Positions 13,101 through 25,941 of a DNA stretch of 64,000 nt are shown in pieces. Position numbers and translations under genes: made by a program. The stretch comes from Chrysomallon squamiferum. Its lineage: Eukaryota; Animalia; Mollusca. The notes beneath the pieces were generated by a model. The model had not been told where the DNA came from. It saw only the letters and a program-made list of their open reading frames with translations, and made no database searches. The stretch is from contig CM022674.1 of NCBI GenBank assembly GCA_012295275.1, forward strand, positions 9,982,001 to 10,046,000. Reading direction: 5' to 3'. Numbering within the stretch: position 1 is the stretch's first letter; each line of letters opens with the position of its first letter.

Positions 13101-16100
13101 CTTTAACACTTTTGATGAATCAATTAAAAATACTGCCTGATGCATGTAAAGTTTTGTTTCGACTAGTCTGCTAACTAACATGATATACATTATTTTTCTT
13201 TTATAACCTAAAAAAAAAACAGAAGAAAAGAAAGAGATTGACTACTTTCTTGTCATGCCAGATATTCCATTAAATTTCAGAATCAAATTAACATGTCACT
13301 TTAATATGAGATGCAGATTCACAGATACATGCGTGTGAGAAGTAATGAATATTTATTTGCTATTCTTTAAATAATTATTAATGCAGTTCAAAATAATTCA
13401 AAGGCATTGATAGATAATTAATAACAACATCTTGGTGTTTTATTTTAGACTGATACAAGATGGCATTTGTACAGAGAAAAGCATTCCCAGCATCAGTTCT
13501 ATAAACAGAATAATCCGAGACAAAGCCATGTTACATCGCCGTGGTTTCAACTGTAGCTTTGATGATGAGGTTAGTATAGGAACCAACAAGTCATTATGAG
13601 TAACAGTGCCTGAAGAAGTAAAATATACTTTTTTCAAGTTGATCAGAATCCCTCAGACTTGACAGTATTTAAATTTGTGCATTACTACTGTAGAATAAAA
13701 AAAGATGTAAGTAAAATTAGAGTTTCATTCTATTATAAAGGCATTAATAGTGAGTGTGCTTTATAAGTGAAATAGAAAAAGGTTAGAAGGCATGCCAGTA
13801 TAAGCATAGGAATACGGTAACATTTCAGAAAAATGAAAAAGTGACAAGTAAACTTTGTATTTGAAATTGAAATAAATGACATTATAAATACAGTTCCATT
13901 GGAATAAAAAAAATTCTTCTTTCATTAATGAAAATGTTTATTTATAATCAAAGTAAATAATCTTTATCAGGTTACAAAAATTTAATTAAACAAAAGAACT
14001 GGAAAGGGCAGTAAGTTTCTTTAAATTTTTATATGAATTTCTGCCCAGAATACACTACAGGTACACATGACAACATGCTTTTATACTTTTACATGTTAAA
14101 TTACTTTTTTTTTTCTTCTTTTTTTTTTTGTATATGTATTTTTTTTATTTTAATGATAGGGATGATTAAGCACTTGCTGGTAGGTAATCAGAAAGTGTGT
14201 GTATTTTCAGACAACACTAAGTGAAGATTACACTATGGACCCTGAAGCGATGCAGCAACTCGTGGCACAGATGAGTGCAGCAGGAAGTCTGCCCAGACTG
14301 AGTTCCAGTCCTAAAGAATGTAAGGATGAAAGTCCAGGCTATCTGTCTCAGCCCACAGCCGATGTGTTACCAGTTGTGCCAAAGTCACCAACCTTACCAT
14401 TAGTAGACACAACATCAACATCAGCAGCAGCAGTAACTACATTGTCTGTAGTGACATCTCATGTAGCAACACCTCCTGTGTCTTTGACTGCATATGCAGT
14501 ACCACAAACCACCACCAGTGTTGACGTGTCCACCCATCGCCTGGAACAACTAGCCTATCTAAGTCAACTCCAGTCACAGGCAGTTGTCACAGAGAATTAC
14601 CTTGGTGAGAAAGTTAATGTACAGAACACAGAATCAACTGTTTCTTCAAACAAGGAGTGTGAGAGTAAGAAAGATGACATCAAGAAATCACCTGATTCTT
14701 CATCAAAGACTTACAATGGAAAGGGCAGACTGCAGGCAGTAATTTCACAGCTGTCCATGGCACAGGAAACGTCCACTGCTGAAGGTGCTCCAGTGACTAG
14801 TTCAACCAAGGACTGTGACAGCACAGACAAAGAGGACAGCACCCCAGTGTGCAGCCACAACCTGAGTCCAGCCAACATTGCTGAAACACTGATGAGTTTA
14901 TCACGACAGTCAGACATCTCCACTCTGTCACCTGTCTCTTCCCACCCTGTGTCATCCACATCCACCTCAAAACCCATTGCCTCTCCCAGCAAACAGTCTC
15001 CTAAATCATCACCTCATTCCCAGGCTGGAGGTAAGTTAAAGATATCAAGACATCATATCAAGAAAGAGTTGCCTGCAGAGGGTCAGGTTAATGTTCGTAC
15101 AGCCAAGCGCTTTGTCACATCCCCACATATACCTGGTGCAGCAGTCGTCAATGCTTTTCCTATGGCCTATGACAAAATGACAAACCTATATGATTACACA
15201 CTGCCTGATCGAGGTCTGGGCACTGCAACAGCTACCGCAACTGCAATTCATTTTCAGGCAGTGCCACCATCCGGTGTGATGATGGGTTATTTTCCACTAG
15301 CTAGTCCTGGCTGGACACTGCCCACTCCAATTATAGGAGCCACTGAGGCAGGGGAAATAACTACAGGTGGTCCTCTAGATTTGTCATCTAGTAAAGAGCT
15401 GTTATCAGTTAATACAAACTCAGAGAGTACAAGTCCTGTCACTCAGAAAGCAGTTAGTGAAAAAGAAGGAGAGATTTCAGCAGCTAAGTCTAGTGAATCA
15501 GTGAAAGAAAAAATGAAGCAGAAAAACAAAATTAATTCTTCTAAAGAAGAAAGTAATATGTTGTCAAGTAAGCCTAAATATTCCAAAAATGTCTTACTAT
15601 TTGGAGAACAAGAGATTGAGATAATAGCTGTAGAGAAGAACAAGTGGATTGTACGGAATGAGTCTGAGTTGTACAATGTTGTTCAGAAAGAGAGTAGTAA
15701 ACAGCAGACTAACTCATCTGATTCTGCTAAACAGTATACTGAGACAGAAAACACCCTTCAACAAGAAAGTAACAAATCATTGCTGTCACCCACACTCAAA
15801 GTGTCTTCTAACGATGGTGTTTCAGTGCCAACATCAGACGTGACAAACAAACGACTTTCAGACTCTGCTCTCCCATTTGTATCTAGTGCTAAACTTCCAA
15901 AAGTGTGTCTGGTTGATGGTGAACAGGAAAGTAAAGGAAGAGGCTGTACCGCAGGATGTTTTCCTTCTCCAGCACCAGCTTTGATTCCTGGACCGGTGAT
16001 GCCTGGTTTGGAAAGATCTCTTGAGGAATCGCATGAACTAAATGTTGTAAGTGAAAATCAAGTACATCAAAAGTGTCCAGTTCTTCAGAAAATGCTTAAA

Positions 16101-16115
16101 AATGTTTGTACTTGA
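10110..16115 (+). CDS. Paxbeta: Paired-box transcription factor lacking a homeodomain, probably the spiralian Pax-beta subfamily (about 978 aa)
   Basis: Exons 10110-10391, 10554-10703, 11257-11431, 12106-12271, 12864-13001, 13449-13569 and 14211-16115, all GT-AG with consistent phases. Exons 4-6 give a complete paired domain ([78 protein letters not shown]...[16 protein letters not shown]...[11 protein letters not shown]). The long S/T-rich last exon carries [10 protein letters not shown] and PLDLS motifs. The subfamily call rests on recalled motifs, not a search. Confidence 0.9.
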
Positions 16116-16424
16116 AAACAAACATTTTCAGATTTAGTCAAGATGATCATCAGAGTTCTGTCATAACTTAATCATGTCTCACCATTTGAGACAAAAACTT
16201 TTAAAATTTTCATCTTTTACATTGTTGTGATTATTTGACACGAGATGGGTTTTTCAAATGCAGTTCATTTTGGTTGACAATCATACGATTGTAATTTAAG
16301 TTATGAAAACACTTTGTGTTGTTTATCATCAAACATTAACTTGTTAGATTATATGTCCACTGAGCTGTGTTTTTCATTGTTTTAAAAATTGACTGTTGTA
16401 TTTCCATAAATTTGAAATCCATGG

Positions 16425-16427
<3 letters not shown>

Positions 16428-16469
<42 letters not shown>
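16428..16469. repeat. (GT)n microsatellite in the presumed Pax 3' UTR
   Basis: About 20 GT units, seen directly. Confidence 0.95.
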
Positions 16470-16471
<2 letters not shown>

Positions 16472-18004
16472 ATATTTACATATACATTTACATGGCTGCC
16501 AATTTCATCTGAAATTTTTCCTACTTTTATCATTGAATATTTCACTAGTATAGGCACATGCACATGCCGTGTTCCTTGCTTTATGAATTAATAATATATT
16601 ATCTACACTTTTTTCATTTAAAGCAAATTATCTAGTACCAGATGAAATAAGAAATTTTCTAAAATTTTCAAATTTATAATAAATATTATTTTATATTATG
16701 TTATTTCAGAACTCACAAATGAAAATGGAATTTAATAATAATGCAACTATCAACATTTAAATATTTAGATATCAAATTATCTGATTTTTTGCATTATATT
16801 GAAAAACAATTATTCATAAAATAGTAATTTTCTTAGAACTTCCTTTTTTAATTTTATTTTTTCATGGTGTCTTTGTTCTTTTCTTTTCTTTATTTCTCAA
16901 AGTTAGTTTAAATTCAATAATTTATTGTTTTATTTGGTAATTTACTATTAAGACTGCAATTCAGTTAAAGAAAATAATTTGTGGTAAACTTAAAAAAAGT
17001 GATCATTTCAAATCCATTTTCTTGAAAGATAATGTTAGATAACAACATTAAGATATACATCAACATTATTAATCTATGTTAATATAGATTTAAATACTAA
17101 TTCTGTTAAATTAATAATTTACTGAAATTATAGAAGCCAAATTTTTATACTTTGTTAATTGTTCTTGTATTTTAGTGTGTGCCTTGTCCTCAGAAATCCT
17201 AACAACAATTATTTGCTAAATTTTTAATATCATTTATGTGTTTTAATGTTAAAACAAACCACAATTACAGTATTCTCCTTGATACCATAGAAACCAAACC
17301 AAAAATTCTTATATTTATATTGTTATGTTGTTATATCAAATGTACCTGACAATCTGTATCATATGGCTTGTATTTTACATTTTTAATTGAGGTTAAAAAA
17401 AAAAAAAACGAAGTAACTTTAATATTTTGTATTGTCTTAATTTATTCATAAATGTCAGCAGTGAAATGTTAAATGAAAAACCCTCTGCTTCACAATACAA
17501 GCCAGCTGTTATGGCTTTGTACTACAATCAATAATTAATCCACTTTTTATACAGAAGATCAAAGTGAATTTTTTTTTAAACTGAAAGAATAAAACTTTTA
17601 AAAATGAATTATTTTCTTAATATTTATTGGATATAACTATATATTGATTTGTGTTTGTTTGTATATGTGTCTATATACATATGTGTGTGTGACAGAGAGA
17701 GTGTGTGTGTATGCATGTGTGAGCATGCTTGTGTAAAATATATTTAGCCAAAATGTTTTTTAACTGGTGAAATCCTTACCTGTCTGTGCCATCTTTTATA
17801 ATTTACAGTGATCTTCTAGTAAATTAGTTTTGTCACATTAATTAAATTATTTGTTTGTTTTGTTTTACTATTTTATATTTGTTGTTTTTTTATTAAATAC
17901 AGTCAGTGTGTATAGCTTTGTTCATAGTGCAATTACATTAAATAGTTGATAAACTTTTGATTATATCCTTTTATATAAATACAAATACCTATCTATATGA
18001 TATA

Positions 18005-18042
<38 letters not shown>

Positions 18043-18313
18043 TTATATATGTATGTATAAACTGCATTTGTTTCTAGCTTTGATTTTAGTTTATGTATTT
18101 CATTGCAATTGTATGTCATTATATCAAAAATATCAAAAACAAAATTAAAAATTATTTAATAATTATTTCATAATATCCAAACTACTTTGTTTGATGATTT
18201 CAGTTAGTTTTGTGTGCAGCTTGACCATTTCTAATCTGATACCTGCAGACTAATTGATTTTTATAGATGATTAATGCTTATTTAATAAAGAATCAATTTA
18301 ATAAAACAATATA

Positions 18314-18345
<32 letters not shown>

Positions 18346-21300
18346 AAAGAATATATTTACAGTTTATTCAAATGAAACAAAATAAAATTAAATGATAAAT
18401 ACTGTTTTGAATTAATAATGACATTAATTATAACTGAATAGATTATATTTCTAATGTCAAAAACAGTGGTGAGAAGTGAAATACTTGAAATTGTGCCAGG
18501 CAAATCATTTCAGTAATGTGAATCAGTAGGGTTGGTGCAGAGTTGGTCAACTTGTACAGAAAACATATTAGTCTCCAACAAAAACAAAAAGAAATTTTGT
18601 TATTAATGTAATGAAATTTTCCAATAGTGCTATTATTATTTGTTTTGTTTTGTTTAGACTTTAAGTCATTTAACTTGAATATTGTGGCTTTACATTCACA
18701 ATACATATCACTGTTTACCAATGTTCAGAAGCTTTTACCAAAGAAATTGAAATTCCTGAATATATTAAAAATAATAAATAAAGTTTATAAAAACCATTAT
18801 GATTGTTAAAATAAATTACAACATTGTCATATTTCATACATTAATTCAGTATGACATAACATAAAACACAATAAGCACCATGTTCTTTTATTATTATTTT
18901 TTTAAATATGGTTTTTTTTATTTTTATTTTATTTTTATTTTTTCTAGTTTAAAAAACATATAAACATATAATTTTTATATGTAATCAGCATTTTAAATAT
19001 AAATTATATTGTTTAATCAATCTCACAGCTTTAACATGGCAGGACATTTTGAATTGTTTCAGAAAAAATAAAATATGTAAATTTATTAATTTACGTCACT
19101 TAAGTTTTGCCTTAACAGTTTTTAGGTTGTGCAGGTTAAGAGATGTGAATGATTGTTGGTCACAACTGGCTGTAACATGTGCTTTACATTTTTATTTAAA
19201 ATAATACAAGTGCTATTTTAAGTTATGAGCTTTATCATATTTTAAATTTTAATTTTGTTACAGTAACTTGACACTAATGTTTTAGAGCTTATCTTTAAAT
19301 TTGATTTTAAAATTATTCAGAAATTAGTTACAGATAATTTTTTACATTTATTATCATTATTTTTTTTCTTCTTTGTTCAGAGAACAGAAAGGATATTACA
19401 CATGCAGAAAACAAAAAGATGAAAGGCATTTATTTTCTTTTTTTTTCTTTCTTTTTAAAATAAGCAACAAAAATGCTGTAGAATTTCATACTCCAAGATA
19501 AAATGAAATGACTGTCTTTATGAAGTAACATGCAGTTGTGATGATAATATTTACAGATTAATTCATCAAAAAGCAATTTACAGTTCAAAAATCCAGATGA
19601 ATTGGCAATAATTAAGGAACCATAGAAAGATTATTTTATTTTGATATTGCAAATTAGCAAACAGCTAAATTTAATGAAACTATCAGTATCACTGATTTTT
19701 GCAGAGGATCATACTTGTGCTTTATTTAATTTTATTATTATTTAAAAAACCATCAGTATTTGTTTAAAAAAATAGATTGTATTCTGATGTGTCATTACAT
19801 TGTTACATGGATGTTATATGCTGTTGAATTTCACAAGAAAAGATATAAAATATGGTTGTGAAAACAATACCTCTGTATTGAAACTACATGTATATAGATA
19901 TTGTTTGTGTATTTGTAATGTTTGTCATTGATTTTTTTCACTGTACATATCAAAAAACAATTTCTCTATTTCTTTACTTAGAACAGAGATAAAAACTATC
20001 AAATAAGAATTCACATAGCTGTTCTCTACAAGATTTTAAAAATAGTTTACTGTTGATGCTCTGTGAGACATTTTTAGTCCCTTCACTCAGAAGTATGTGA
20101 ATCCAGCATGTCTGTTCAGTTTTTAACACTTTATGATGATTAAACATGTGCTTATTCCAAGTTAGAAGAAAGAAAGAAATGTAATAAAACACTCAGCACA
20201 TAGTCATCTTTATACAGAGTGAGGTAAAGAAGTAACAAACTTGCTTTTTGTTCTATAATAATTCAATGATATTTTCAGGGAACAAACTTCAGCTTGCATG
20301 TAAATCATCAAACAGTAGTCTTATTTCAAGAGAGTCTGAATAGAGAAATAAATATTTTTTTAAAAGATAAATATTAGCTTTAACTATTTATAGGATTTTA
20401 CATATATGAATCATTAATTTTGATAATTTTCAAGTACATATCCAGTTAGCACCTGTTCTCAGTACTTTGTATGAAAACTCATTATTCGCTTTCTTCCTAC
20501 GTACTCCATATATTTTCCTCTTCTTATTTAGTGTTAATGCTTGAAGATAAATAAATAAATTTTGTAAAATTACTCAATTTCAAAAGAAATGTATTGTTAT
20601 TATTATTCACTTTAAACTTTTAACTATTAAAATGTGTTTGAACAAACAGTATAAATACATTTTGTTATATAATCCATTATGGTTTGGATGACCAATCTTT
20701 TCTAATAAAGTCTGACAATAAAATAACAAGTGAATAAGAATAACTGCATTCTTCAAAACAAATATTTTTTTTAAACTCTTTCACTGTCATAAATGTAAAA
20801 CTTGTGGCCTCCAATATCTTCATAAGATCCTTGTAATATCTATTTATTAGCAAAGATTGGCAAACAATGAACTGACAAATGTACAAACTGTATTCAGCCT
20901 GTTTGTAATAAACAAAACTGTTGTAATTGATGTAAAACTTTGAGCCATGATGTACATTTTATTGTCATTGATTCATTATGATTACTAAACCAAAGAATTC
21001 CTGTCACTGCAGGAAGTTTATAATTGCTTTATGAATGAGATATTTATTTTTTAACAAGTGCTTTGGTGGCTTTATGCCTTTCGCAGTGTTGTTATGTGTA
21101 CAGTGTGCAACTCTAGATAGATGGAATACCACCAGACAATCAATAAAAACGTAAAACTTTCTTGACTTGAATGTTCTTCTTTTTTGTTAAAATACAATTT
21201 CTATAATTATTTTAAAAACAAAATTAAAATTTTAGGATTTCTTTGTTTGTTCATTACTATTCCTAATTTTGCAACAGAAGAAACATTTTCAGAAATAAAT

Positions 21301-24089
21301 AAGCATTGCCTCAAAAACATGCAGCTTGTACAGGTTCTGAATTGCAAAATAAATAGTGGCTGATAATGTAAACTGTCACACTGGCCGAGTGACTGTTTCT
21401 TAGTAAAAGTGGCAAACTTTTACTATGAAACAAGTCTCAGACACAGGTTGCATTAAAACTTTTTATATAGGTTTTAAAACAAAATTAAATTCAAGTTGTA
21501 CACAAACATGCACAGATAATTTCCTTTCAATTTTTACTTTGAACTGAATAAATAATGAACACAGGATGTCAAAAACAATTTATTTGTGAATAGGTTTACA
21601 AATAAAAAATGAAAATAAATATCTAAGATAACAAAACACTGAAATTTTCCTATTGTAAATAATATCTCCATAAATATATTCATTTTTAATTTTCTTTCTA
21701 ATAATTTATTTCCAATATAAAAAAAAAAAAATCTTACTTGTATTTCTTCTTCTCTAAGTGCAACAACCCATTTGTTAATTTAAAATTTCTACAAACCATA
21801 TTGTTCCCTATCTTATGTATCATCTGATTAAATATTTTAAAAAACGGAAAATGATTAAACTGAATACTGTGTATGTATTTACCACCTGAGTATATTGAAA
21901 AAATGCACAAGTTTCTTGCAATTCATAAATTTAAATGCATCTAGTTATGTGGATTTTAGTAAGCATCAGAATTAAGCACTATTTATAATTATTTTTATAA
22001 ATCAAATTTCAGAGAAATAATTGTAAAATATTTTAAGTCTAAACCAAAGTTGAGTTTTTATATCTAAATTACAGATTTTGTTTATATCTAAACATGCAGT
22101 TTCATTTCCCAACTTTTTATAGGTTAAACTGAACTGATAAACAATAGAAAAACAACACAATATCAGTTAAAATGAAAATGCAATATGTGCATGGAAATAG
22201 AAACATAAATAGTGTAATTGTATAACAGTGCACTAAAAATAAATTAAAAAAGAATTTCAGGAAAAACCCACAACTCACAAATGAAAAAACATACATATGT
22301 ATCAAAAATATAAAAGTATGTGATTCAAATGTCACAAATTGTATTAAAAGAAAAATGGCTGGGGGAAATCGAGATGAGAGAATTTATCCAATATTAAATA
22401 AATTCTACACAATATAAAATATATTCTCTTGTATAACACACAAATAACATTGTAAAAATTAAATTATTTCTACACTTCTTAAACATTAGCTTTTCATTGG
22501 CTTTCAATGACCTTTTTACAAATAATTTCCAATACAATACATTCAATGTTGATAATTTTTAAAAGCTAATTATAAACTGAAATGACATTACAAAAATTAT
22601 TTGAATAAGGTATGAGTTTTCGTATTTAGCAGTTTTGTTTTTGGTATAATACGTAGTTATAAATTGAAACTCTTGTGGAGAGAAAACCTTTATTTTCTTC
22701 TTATCTCAAAATCAAAATATCAATATCTTCTGCATTTTATTTTTAAAAGATAATAATTTCAAATATACCACAGATTATCTATCAATATTAGACGCAAAAA
22801 CTGAAGGGATTAAACAGAGAAATGTCAGTAAACTTATACAGAAAAGAAATTTACTTTGTTCATGAAACAGTAATACTAACACAGGAAATAACAATCATAA
22901 CCTGAAATATTTAACTGGAAATATCAAAAAGGAGAGTAAAAAAATAATAATAATAATAACATACAGCTGTAATATAATAGCACCAAGTCTACATGCAACT
23001 GAATATTTTATCTAAAATGACCCAGACAAATTTCTAAACAAAGTAAAATAAAGATATAGTTAGTTAAAAGCAATATAAAGATGGATAATACCAGAAAAGC
23101 GAATGACTAAGAACAATATTGTTCAGAGCTCTAGGCGTAAAATTGTTGTGAAAAAGTAACTATTTGTGCTTGGAACCTGTTTTGCAAAACCATTTTATTA
23201 ATTACATAATATACTGCATACAGAATTGAAACTCAAAGGCAGAGTTTGTACAAATCAATTCTGAATGATTTTAAATAATAACAAGTAAGGCAGTTTATGT
23301 CAGTTCCATTTTCCTTCTTAGAAAATATTCTTTGTTAAAGTCATAAAAAGAAAAATTATATCCAAAGTACAAAACAAATTTGAAAATTGCGAGTCCAAAT
23401 AAATAAGGCACAATAATTTTGATCTCAAAAACAGTATCAAAATAGAAGATGCCTTATATATTTCTACAAATCACTATTTCTCTGAAATAGAAAGAGTATT
23501 AATCATAAAAATTAGGAAGAAAATAGTGAGATCTTAATGCATAGTTTGTATTTTATGTAAACAAATATTCATACTTTGATAATTTCCAAATTTCTTTCTT
23601 TTTTTCTCTTGTTGCTGTTGCAGTTGTTCTCAAAAATATATTTCAAAACTTAAATTTTATTAAATACATTTTCAAAAACAACCCTAACCATTGTATAAAC
23701 AGGAAATTGCCAATAGGAGTGTGATTTACATACCCATACACACATAACATGGATATCATGACAAAATATTTCTGAATATCATCATTTACATTAAATATAC
23801 GTTTCTTCTGAGTACCATAATTCATTTTCTCTTATTATATGAAGTCATTTTTCAAAAATGAAGACCGAGTTTTCAGTTGTAAGTTCTGAATAACTTTTTT
23901 TAAATAAATATTTATATAAATCTTGAAAATTTTTGACAGTAAGATGTCAAGAAATAAAAACAGAGTGAAGGAATTTGTTCAGATTCTAGTGATGTATTTT
24001 CCCGAAATCTCAATTGTCAGTGTTTCATCAGGATCGACTGCTAGTTTATCTGGAGCTGATGACTGTTGTTCTGTATTCTGATCTTTGTG

Positions 24090-24779
24090 TCATTCCAAAC
24101 TATCTCCTTTTCCTCCAAATGATTTCTGACTACTGCAGTCCTCCTCCATTTCAAGCAGTTCTTCCAAAGCAGCAGGGAAATTGGAATCGCTGTTTTTAGG
24201 AATATGGTGTGAACTGTCAAGCCTCTGAAACATCGTTGCTAGGTTGTAACCAGTGTCTGACACTGGCGGCCAGTTTGGATCTTCTTTGATTTCATTTTCA
24301 ATACTTGCATACTTGTACTGAGAGACAGGAAGACAACACCTGACAGTAGTCTGACACCACTCAGCAATGTTTGTGTTATCTAAAATAAACATCTGAAAAA
24401 AAGAAAGATTGGTTTTAGTAATTACTGAACAGTAACATAACATTATTTTAAGATTTAAGTATAATCCCATATATACAACTCCACAAATACACAGCAAACA
24501 CATAAGCACATAAAATACACACACATGAACAAACATAAACAAACACAATTAAAAAATATGCAACACAAAATAAACAAAATATCCAATACCACTAAAAAAA
24601 TTAAAAGTTAATATTGGACTTACCTCAATCATTACAGATAAGAAAAAGTTGATGGCAGCAACGCCAAGGTATGTTAACCGATAGGTGAGTGATGGAAATA
24701 CTTTAAGCTGAAATGTATAATTTTTAGAATCACCATACTATTATTTTATTTTATAAAATCAATATTTGTCTGTTTAGGT

Positions 24780-24821
<42 letters not shown>

Positions 24822-25898
24822 ATGTGCATGAATGTGTGTGTTGTGTGTGTGTGCATGCGTGCATTTGTGTGTGTATTTTGAATGGATTGATCATGAAAGC
24901 TCAAGCATAAATAAACCTTGAAATCTCAAAACAGTTTTAATATATATCTGTATGTAAATACCTGTGATTTTAGTGTAACAATAATAAGACTGAAACAGTA
25001 CCTTCTGATAAACAGAACAGTATGCAATGAAGAACAAAGAACAAATTATTAATTAATTTACCTCCATAAATGATGCAACAGCTTCAGTAGGATACACGGT
25101 TAACCAGCTGGATACAGAGAGACATATGATAACATTGGCAATGAAGAAATCTGAAAAATGAGAAAACATTTGTTTAACATGCAACAGTTTCTTCTTCAAG
25201 ATTATTATTTGGGGGGGGGGGTTAGTCTTGAAATATTAAACAATCTATTAATCTTTTAAAATACTAATTTTTATTTCAAAATAATTTTAACAGAAGGGTT
25301 TTATTAAATTTATTATTAATTTAATGTATTTAAATTAAATCACATCAATTAATTCAACAAATAAAATCAGGTTTTTTGGAATAAATTCTTTCTTTCTGGT
25401 AATTCACAGCATAATTTTGCTTACCCTGTTCATATTATCAAGTATTTTATCCAGATCTACAATAATGATAATATAGATGTAAATGTGAAAATTTAATTAA
25501 TTTTTACTCACAGTTAGAAAATATGGTACGTCTAAATGGGGCCCCCTTTGAGAATGCAATAACTAAAATGGTGTATTGGAAAGAAGAAATGAGGAAGACT
25601 GCTGAATTCTCATAGCTTTCATACTCATGATCATTATTGTCATGAAATGGAACAAACCTGAAACAGCCAAAACATTTTTATGGAATAAAAAAATACTGAA
25701 AGTATGTTAATATATATACAAATCTAACTGTTATGTACAATTTCTTAATTGTAAAGTACTGAGTGCATATACATTTATATATATGTATATGTATAGTGAA
25801 AGTTGCAGATACCTAATGTATATGTTTATGTATATGTTTATGTATATGTATATGTATATGTGTGTGTGTGTATGTATGTGTATGTATGTATGTATATA

Positions 25899-25941
<43 letters not shown>

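Noticed and set aside
14711-15843. Alternative-frame and antisense ORFs inside the large Pax exon
   Set aside because: They are shadows of a long GC-balanced coding exon.
24090-24092. Selenocysteine recoding of the ATPase TGA
   Set aside because: The codon lies in a disordered tail, P5B ATPases are not known selenoproteins, and I could not recognise a SECIS downstream by eye.
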